NCBI GenBank assembly: GCA_051362555.1
Contig: CM120640.1
Location: 54,972,788 to 55,036,787, forward strand
Reading direction: 5' to 3'
DNA from: Lingula anatina
Lineage: Eukaryota; Animalia; Brachiopoda
DNA length: 64,000 nt
Shown: positions 53,987-64,000 of the stretch, piece after piece
How positions within the stretch are numbered: the first letter of the stretch is position 1
Layout: each line of letters begins with the position of its first letter
Translations under genes and position numbers: made by a program
The notes under the pieces: generated by a model
Told to the model about the DNA's origin: nothing
What the model saw: the letters and a program-made list of their open reading frames with translations, nothing else
Databases searched by the model: none

Positions 53987-54016
53987 CACTATAATTTGAA
54001 TCCCTGCTGCTTCCAT
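53987..54016 (-). CDS. Candidate first coding exon MEAAGIQIIV, splicing in phase 0 to the 40900 acceptor
   Basis: Strong Kozak aagATGG and consensus donor GTG|gtaagt, in frame with DEMTV. Short, so chance occurrence cannot be excluded. Confidence 0.5.
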
Positions 54017-57000
54017 CTTGTTCTTAGAGATTCCAATGTAACTTTCAACTTATATTCTTAAGAAGATTACTACAAATGAAACATCCACCTTTATCTAATC
54101 ACACAACAATAAACATATCATGGCAAACACTGGTAGAACACCTTGTCATCAATGATCATATCAAAAGAGTCATACAGAATGCAAGAAAAGAGCTTCCGAA
54201 CGGCATGTGCAATATCCGATTGCAGTTTTTCCTCTGCAGCAACTCCTAATGCTGATGTGATGTGTGCAATGTTTCTCTATCACACCCTCCAATGTTAAGT
54301 CAGTAAAAAAAAGGATTGGTAATCAATGCTATAATTAAATACAGTAGCTTCTTTTATCAAGTAATATGAGATAATATTGTTACTGCTGTCATCTAAGAAC
54401 TCCACTACCTCCGTTAACTGACTAATATAGGATCCAACTGCTACCTTCTTCAACTTCCCATTGAATAACTGTCCTTCCTTTCATTATGAAGTACTTAGTT
54501 AATGTGGCAAGGTATATTGATACCAGGATATAACAGTATGAGAGCAATGATATAACCCTGTCTGCACACCTATTAATTGTAAAGAAACAGCAGAACAGAT
54601 ATGTAATAATAAATTAATCAATGGGCACACATGATAAAACATGAATTATGGATTTTCATGAATGAAAATGGGATTGGGGTGCATCTCAAAATATTTTCAA
54701 ATAAATATGTGCAATTTTTTCCAAATATTTCTAAAAACACTTTATCAGCAACAATATTTTTTAAGAAAGCAATATGGAAAACTAACATCTTAAAAACTAT
54801 GCCTTTCTGTCAACATTGAATCCAACAACAACCTCCTGATCTTTAGATAAATCTTTACTGGCATGAAACAAATCCACTACCAGACACAGAATATATATGG
54901 CATCATTACAAGGATTGATCAAAATTTCCACTATCTCTAAATAGAAGCAGCACACAACATGAATACTTTTGAAACTGTCCCAGTCTGATTAATTCCGGCT
55001 TCAACCATCATTATAGGTTTCGTGTTTGAACACTAGATTCTTAGTCTGCATGCAATCTAAATAGAGAATAAGTCAAGTATGCAAGGGATTAATTCAACCA
55101 ACAAGAAACCATTATCCAAAAGAGAAATGAATATATCCCACTAGGCATGAGCATGAGAAATCCATGTGGATATCTAGGAGATATCTGGTAAGCTTGTGGA
55201 TCCACATGGATATGGCCACATGGTAATCATTCAGGCATTCATTTTCACATGGAATTCAAGTGGATACAACCACATGGAAATCTTGCATCTATTTTCTCAC
55301 AGCATACACATTATTTTAATGGACAATTTACATGTATAAAATATTTTTTGGGGGTGGGGGTGAAATTGGTGACCTATAATAACATTAAAAGTGTGTATAT
55401 ACCAGTTTAAGTATCCACAGAGAAAAACATTGAAAATGAATATGTCAAGGAGTGGTACACATATGCATTATTACATAAATAACAATAGATATGGAATTAA
55501 AACATGATTTTTTAATCAAAATTAAGGGTAATGGTAGCATTATTAAACACCCATTTTTTCTCTATGCATCCATAATATCATCTACATTCATCCACTGGCT
55601 TCAAAATTAAACACATTAAATATACATAAGAAATATCAGGAGGCAGAGAATACTTAGTAGTGGTGACAGTGTCAAGTGGGCACATCTCAAGATCTCAATG
55701 TGGAAATCTGGTGAAATCTGATCAGGGAATTATATCCGATATATCCGATATTATTCCCTGATCTGATGTACTTGGGATTCCAAGAGTCTATTCTACAAAT
55801 CAATGGGTTTTAAAAACTGTCCCCCTCTCTGAAATCTAACAATTCTTCCTGATAAAGTGTTATTGAAATGATTATAAGCATTCAGGATATAATGTACAAA
55901 GTAAGTCAGAGTACGAAAACCGAAATAAAACTACAGCAAAATAGTATGAAAATCTAGTGGATATATCCATGTGTATTCCAGGTGGTAGTATCCACATTTG
56001 CCTTTTGCAACTTCCAATCAGGTACCTTAATGCCAGTACGTGTTACATCAAGGTGGAGACCAATTGATTTCATCCATATTTTGCCTGCTAGGATGCCACA
56101 TCTAACTATTCTACAATATTCATCACAGGGCACATACAGTTATAACAAAATCACAATGCAGAATCTTTCACTGATTAATTTCCACTATTCTAAACTTCAA
56201 TAAATAATCATTAATACATTCATATTAAAATTTCTATCCTATTTATCAAACATGCTTCAAATATTGAAGTAACAACAGCATCTTACTTTTTACCATCTTC
56301 CATATCTAATTTCTATTGGAGGTTTTGAAAAAATCATGAAAAGGAGTTAATAGTATTTAATTTATTTTTATTCAATATTTACAGGATTGCAAGTAATGTT
56401 GCCTTCTATTGAAAAATCCCAAAAATTCCAAGCACCATTTCTCTCTCTCCCTCTCTCTCACACACACACACACACAAACACACACACATACACACACGCA
56501 CACACTGTCACTGTGTTTCAGTCCACGAAACAAAATCATGATAGATATATATGCCATATGAAAATATTTAAACCTGCTTTTTGCTGATGATAGTGATAAT
56601 ACAACATCAACAGCATAAAAAATAATTCAGCAATTTCCATAAACAATGATCTACTTAACCATAATCCTAACAGGAAAGTGTGTTTATACAGCCCAGAAAT
56701 AAGAAGGAGCACATAAAGCTCTACTTAATCTCTACATGAAAGGAATTTTCAATAAGCAGAAAAAACTGGCTATTTCTTCTGTCCACATATATACATATGG
56801 CATTAAGTATTAAGATTCCAACTTCATCAGTCCAGGCTATGGGTACTGTAATCAAAGAACAAGAAATCATTTCCAATATTACACTGTCTGTTTGCATTAA
56901 ACTCTGCATTTACAATAATGCTTGGTTTCATAATATCTTGGGAAATTAAATCATCATCTGTCGTGACTGCATGAGAGTGAGAAAGATGAATTCTAGAATC

Positions 57001-57446
57001 AAATATTTGTGCAGAGAGGTCATTTTAACACAGGTAATAAATCAGATTTAAACAACAGCTAAGAGAGTGGATGAGACAGTCAGTTTTACTCAAGATCCTA
57101 AAATCTCCATAATAACGCCCTGTTGGTGGTTTTATCTTAGATAACCTATTAGACATCATCAAGATTCATATATCACATGAAAACAATTTTCAGGCAGTAG
57201 TCTCTTACACAACAGTTGCATGTAAAAACTTTCTTTGTGTTTATGATACTAAATTAAAAAATGATGTTCTAAGGTGCATATGTTGTGACTAAATTTACAA
57301 CCCTTCTAAGAAATTTAATTATTTATTTTTTCCAGCACAAACAATCTATCATTCTAGGAAATTTGTGGACCCTTTCATGCCCATCTTAATTATTTCTCTA
57401 AAATTTCATTTACTGATGAAAGATAGAGAGGCCTGTTCCTATAAAT

Positions 57447-59172
57447 ACAAGGCAGCAAAGCTGTAAAATGTACAGACAAAAAGCAGAAAATAATAATGCA
57501 CAAAATAGGATACTGTCAAATCTGATGCAATAATACATTATGGCTACCAGTGCAAAGTCAACATCAAATTTTGATTATGCACAACAGGTATTACTGATAT
57601 AAATAAAATGTGTAACTGGCATGAAGCTTCAGGCCTATGAGAGTTCAAGTTCACACAAATGCCAGAATGAGAAAAATGAGAATTTCACAAAAAAATTGCA
57701 TAAATTCAATAAAAAATGATAATCCAATAGAGCAGATTTTAATTTGATATGTATGTCAATCCTAAAGATCATTCATGACCTTAAAAAATAATAAATAAGT
57801 TTTCTTTTCATAACATTTGTGGTTACAATGTACAAAGTAGGGTTTTTTTGTCAATTTTGATGCAATATTACGTAATGATGAACAGTATTATTACCACCAA
57901 TTTTTATTTATGTACTATACATAACATGGACATTTAGAAAATTTGACTTCCATCCAGCGTAATGCCCATGTCCCACATTAAAAATGCCAATTTGTGAAAA
58001 ATGAAAATTTCACAAAAATGTTCAACTTCTAGGAAAAGAAGCCCATAAGAATGCATTTCCAACTCAGATTGCATTTTAGTCCTTTGAGTTTGAGAATCAT
58101 CGTTAATATGGTTTTCCCTTGATAGTCATCATGGCAGCATTGTCTAAAATAGGGTTTCCTTCAATTTTGATGTAATATTACATAATGCTTAATAGCATAA
58201 TGACCATCAATTTTTAATAATAAAAATATCAAGGATATTTAGAAAATCTGACTAGCAAAGGTCGTCAAGCCCATGGAGGTTCAAAGTCACACCTTGAAAA
58301 TGCCATGTGTGAAAAATTAAATTTTCACAAAAAACTGTATACCTTCCAGAAAAATTAACCAATCAGACTGGTTTTCCAATGCCAATATCAGAAAATGCCA
58401 AAATGTAAACAAGAGATAACTGTACTGCAATGAGTTTATTTCCATTTTCAACATTTTTTTACATAAAACAAAATAATTAATTTACTGTCCCTTTGATATG
58501 ATCAACTAAGAAAATTGTTGAGATGGGAAAAATATCAACAGAACAATTTTAAATTTCCAATTTACTCCATGCTGAGATTCTGAACACAGTGAACGATAAA
58601 ATCTAACAAACTGCAATGATAAGACTTTATTTCCATTTTTGACACTTTATTACACAATACAAGATAACAGGTTTATCATCATTTTTATATAATCATGTAA
58701 CAATATTGTTAAAGATGCAGAAAATGTCAGAAGAATATTTTATATATATCTAATTAGTTCAATAATGAGACTGTTAACATGCCTGATCAAGCATACTTTT
58801 GAACTCAACCTGTTTTTTTTTTTTTTTTGTTTTTTTTCTGTAAGTTTGATCACTCCTGTGAGTTTCCAGATAATATGCCTATCTGTTTTTCTTGAAATGT
58901 GTTCTCAGTGTTGCATATATGCTGAAAAAAGCAAAAAACAGCATAACTTTTGAAAAAATCACCTGATCATGCTGATATTCAAACTAGACCTGTATTTTTT
59001 GAATTTTCATCAGTTCTGCAAGTTTGAAGACAAAAGGTAAAGTGGTTTTCCACTTATTGTGTTTTCACTGAAAGTGCAGGGCGACGGCGATGGCAGTGAC
59101 AGTAACAGCAACGACCGTGACGACAGATGCAGGTGACAGCTATACCTACAGACATCTGTGTCTGTACATAAT
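57447..59172 (+). mobile_element. Third, more diverged full-length copy of the same HINE-like family
   Basis: ACAAGGCAGCAAAGCTG start, colinear with 2813-4782, two core units, degenerate CGA microsatellite and 3' ...ACAGACATCTGTGTCTGTACATA. Confidence 0.8.
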
Positions 59173-62100
59173 AATAACTTTATAAATTTAATGTGAAACT
59201 TTTCATGGTCAAAATATCTAGCACTAGTGAAAATATGGTGACCTTACAATGTCTCTTATTGTTTCTTTTCTAGGACTGTAAAGAACAGATTTGACTTATC
59301 TAAGATGAATTATATTTTTCAGAATGATACTTAATTTGTCTCTCAAACTTATATCAAATGCTGACTCTGACCCTCTCTTGTTCTTTATCTTTAGGTATAC
59401 TAATTTTGCTCTGTTGTTTAAGTCCTCTTAACACTGCACGGCCTCCTTTCTGCTCCCTGTAGTAAGGCCCCAATGAGAGTAAATAAAAAAAAAAAACTTA
59501 ATGTGCTGACAATTGACAAATCATTAAGCATTCATTATGCAATGTTTGAGTCTCCTTTGTATGACCACAGTGATGCCAGTTTCATGGTCGCACAAAGGAT
59601 GCAGGAAGGACACCTTCCAGTGTAAAGGTTTTAGCTGCTTTATAGCAAATCTATGAAGACATACAGTAAACCTAGTCTGCTCTCTCTTAATAATTATACA
59701 ACGATAAGATTAATCAAGAACTATGAAAGGCCTCCTGTCAGTGTCCTGTATATCATGAATGCAATATCCATAGCCAACTTATGATCAAGAAAAAATTGAC
59801 AGGTAAATGTACATCTGACTGAATAAATTAAGACCCCAAAAGAAGCTAGAAAACTGGCCTTGAAATAAAATCTGAAAAACTAACTTGACTTATACACCAT
59901 CAAAATGGCAATGTATATGATACTCATATAAGTAGTTTTACTGCAATGAAGCAGTATGACAAATATAATGCCTTTCTTTAAAAACCCAGAAAACAAACAT
60001 ACAGTATGTTCAATCAAAAAAAATGGTCACATTAATCTCTTTTATCTTTAACTTATCACAGTTGTTTTTCCCAGTCTTTATCAGCATTCTTTTGCAACCA
60101 CTGCCTGAATATATGTTACTAAATAAAAAAAGCACTCTGGGAGCGCTGACCTCTGACAAGTGTAAGAAGTCACAGCTTGCAAATAATGCCTGTGACATGT
60201 ACCATTTAAGTAAGTCAAAACACAATTATTACTGCTTGTAAAGCTTTTACAAAGAGTGGTCCAATGACAAGCACAGACTCTTGAATAATTGACATAACTG
60301 TCACTTGGTGGTAAAACAGAACTTATTATATTTCTATGAGTTGTTTACAAAGTATTTCTGTGAAATATGGATATCATATGAACAGTTTTCATCCCTTTAA
60401 ATCTCTTGCAAGTTTCAATACTTTTTTCTTTAATCACCAATTATCAAGGTATAGCATTTCTAATTCTATTGATAAACTTGTGATCTATAAAGCAATTTAA
60501 AGTTTCTTATTTTTTAAGCCATTCTTTTACAAATTAAGAGTGGTAAATTTCACTTGTAATGGTATAAATAAGATATTAAGAGCTCCAAAACAGGTTTATA
60601 CATATTGTAATTTTCAAAATAATTTGGGATAAGGTATACTTTGGCAATAAAGGAGAAATTGTTCAAATTTCAGGAGAATTAATATTTGCTGCACTTGTAA
60701 GTTAAACACACAGAGCACACATTTAAAATCCCCAAATATGTCACTCATTTTCCAATCAAATTTCTCATTTTAATCAGTCACAAAAAAGTACTAGTACTTT
60801 CTGACATGAGCCAAGTGACTTCTCTAAACCTTTTAATCCATTTGTTTTGTATTATGAACAAAATATTGCCTTAGGAAAGTGCTTAATTAATTCATTTCAA
60901 AATTTGAATAAATACCTAGTAAAGCATCAGAGGTATTCTATGCAGATCATTATATAAGCATTTGTCAACATGAAGCCAACTGCTTACAAATCCATATGAA
61001 AAAGTTTTCACAAAAACATCTGGTAGAAAAACAGTAGTATGCTTCATAAAAAATAGTAATAAAAGTATGAATCATTTACACTTACAACCCCTTCTCAACT
61101 AGGTAAAGAGCAAATAGCCAAAAAACAGGAAAGAACCACTTAACACCTGGTGTGAATCTTAGACATTACAGATTGGCAGGTAAAACGCTGGTGTGCATGC
61201 TGGAGTTATTACAACATACCTTTCCAGACTTGTACAGAAGAACCTTTGCTCAGAATTCTGGCAGGGCACTACCTCATATCACCTAAGTCATCATATTTTC
61301 TAGTGACCTGAAATTATTATGCAAAAATATTAATGACAAGATATATTTAAAGGTATGCATCATAGTAGTTTATTAAAGACAATAAAATGTCCAACGATAA
61401 AGGTTATTTAGACAAAGTTGTTGAACAACCCCAGGACCTATTTGTATTCTCTTATTCTCACATACGTAATTCCAGGGCTTGGTCAAGGTGACAAAAACAC
61501 CTCTAATTAGTCTTGATATTGTTCTTTATAGTTTACGGTTTAATTCATTGGTAAATGATAAATAATAATTCTATTAATTACTATAACTCTTATTAATTTG
61601 ACAAATACAGTGATGACTAAATTGCTGGAAAGGAAAAGCAGTACTAATGCACATTGACAATAGAATATGAGACTAATTATAGATAAATGATTTTTTATCA
61701 AAGCACGCCGTGAATAAGTTGGGGTCCAATCCCATATTCAGCTTAAATACAGGCAATATATCATTCTATTTTTACAACTACATTATATATATCCCCCAAT
61801 GTTAACAGTACCTGTTTTTATAATAACACTTTCTTTTAAACATCCTACTATAAACATATTTCACAAAAAAGCAAACTGCCAGTAAAAAAATCTTATGTTT
61901 TAAAAGTTCGCATAGACCACTTACCGTAACTTAAGTTAAAAAAACTTTATGATTAATTGTTTTCATAATTCTATGACTTGTTAAATGCTCAAATCGTGTC
62001 TCTACTGTGGTGACTTAAAAGTATTCCAAGGGAATATAAGTGACTTGCATTGTTTAGCATTTGACAGCTCTTCAAGAGATCAATGCATTCTCCGTGCAAT

Positions 62101-62821
62101 TTCAGTTCCAACAGCACTTTCCTTTACCTTGTGTGCATGACAACGGCTCATTCAATATGCCACACAACAGTTTTACCTGCATATAAATGGGTGCTTTTCA
62201 ATTTTCTCTCTCTCTTTTTCTCTTAGTAATTATACATAAAGTGCTCTCTGAAATCAAACTGCACTCCAGGAAATACTTATCAACACCACTGCAATCTTTA
62301 AAAAAATTGCCAGCTCATTATCCCATCAAATGCTGGCTATGTTTGACAGGTAGTAGGGCCAGGGAATGAGTCCAGTCTGTCTGGCTGTCAATCTGTGGGT
62401 GAGTTAGGCAGAATAAGAAAGTCTTTTCATTATAAACAGCCTTTCCATTTCGCATACCTATATATTCTTTCACACTCTTGTCATCAGCATCATCAGCAGC
62501 TTCACCACCACTGTTTAACTATGAGGAACAGACCAAATTATGTTTGTTGAGGCAGTAATTTTAAAAAATTTAAAATGGTAAGATTGTAAATAAACATGTT
62601 ATTTTCAAAATTTTTAATAATTTTTTTCATAAGAAAACAGATTTTATATGTGTCCACACATACTGGACTGTACAACATTATGTTTCACTGGACTTACTCT
62701 AGCATAATTCAGGAAGTGGCTTAATTAATTGAATGAAAAGTACATTTTCAATTATCCAAATTGAAAAGACAATAAATTGGCAAAAGTATTACATTTTTTA
62801 CATTTTCTTTCACCACACTAA

Positions 62822-63030
62822 GGCTTCGTTCACATGAAAAATCTATTTTCTATTCGCGGTATCTTGTGATCACGGTCTGTGCCCTGAATACCCCGCAGCG
62901 TAATTACTGGCAGCGCGAGCCAGTTACTTCCAAAGCGGTAATTAATTCTCGGCTGCGCTCGGAGTGATCACAAGTTACCGCGAATAGAAAATAGATTTTT
63001 AGAAAATAGATTTTTCATGTGAACGGAGTC
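62822..63030. mobile_element. PIF/Harbinger (Tourist-like) MITE, 209 bp
   Basis: ~50-bp TIRs GGCTTCGTTCACATGAAAAATCTATTTTCTATTCGCGGTA..., TAA duplicated on both sides, 15-bp tandem duplication within the right TIR. Confidence 0.85.
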
Positions 63031-64000
63031 TAAAACTTCTTGGGCAATGGCTAAATTTTAGTTGTTACCATGTGGCAGCTTCACATCCAAGTCAAGCAAG
63101 ATCTGCACCATGTGTACACACAGCAGGCTTACACGTGTAATCTCATTTCCAAGCAAGCAAGAAACATAGCTGCACATTTAAAAGAATATTGTCAATATTT
63201 GCCTATGTTTGAAACAGCTAATAATCCAATTTACATTGACTCTGATAATCAATTAAGACGTTTAGAGGTTCAGATAAAAATGAATAGCATTGCAATGGGA
63301 TTATTTCCTTACAGAGGTTTAATCCATAAATTATATTTATATACAAACCTTACAATGTAAACAATTCTGTAAAATTATCAATTGTTATATATTATTAGTA
63401 TGGAAAGGGAAAATATGTATCAATAATAAGAATGCTAATGCATGCTTAGATTAACATAAAGCTAAAATAGGTTTTATGCAGTCTTTTGTGTTACAAAACC
63501 CTAATTCCACACAGTTTCTATGCCACAGGATAAATGGAAATCTATGACAGCAATGCAAAATCTGTTACCATAGGTGATGTGTTATTTTTGATATTATAAT
63601 TTTTACCTTTAAATTTATTCTCTAAAATCATGGGTTCAAATACAGTGTAAATTCAGGCAAAAATCAATGACTTACCACCTACACAAGGCTGTTAAGTCAA
63701 TAAACTGATTGACTTGGCAACAACCTTGGTTGAACTCTATGGAGCAGTAAGGTCAATCTCCTTTGATCTCACATGGAACATTGACCAACTTGACTGAAAA
63801 ATTGATTGACTAGCACTTAAAGATCTGTTGTCCATCACAGATATGTGTGTGGCATAGTCTAGAAAAATGTCTATTTAGGGGAAATGTATAAATGCATTCT
63901 CAAGGCATACATGTATCCACCTTCTCTCACAGACAGACGGACAGACGGACAGACGTACTGAAAAACAGACAGATAGATTAAATGCAGAGCTTAGGTCTTC

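Overview
AT-rich eukaryotic (metazoan) genomic DNA; the repeat types suggest a mollusc or other lophotrochozoan, but this is inference. The window holds the 5' part of one intron-rich minus-strand gene, a type IV diacylglycerol kinase (DGK zeta/iota, Drosophila rdgA family). I traced 13 common coding exons by hand (19124 down to 66), all with GT-AG boundaries and matching phases. They encode two C1 domains, a MARCKS-like basic/NLS segment, the catalytic domain (GGDGT) and the start of the accessory domain, and the gene runs off the left edge. The 45 kb upstream of the first common exon contains several phase-compatible alternative N-terminal exons: an 842-nt Ser-rich exon, a DGK-iota-like exon with two candidate upstream start exons, and a weaker further candidate. 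Introns carry a Helentron/HINE-like element family (one copy nested inside another, with independently amplified ~160-bp units), a solo LTR, several MITEs, microsatellites and a possible decayed ORF of unknown origin. I found no prokaryotic features, CRISPR arrays, rRNA or tRNA. Most short ORFs in the supplied track are spurious.
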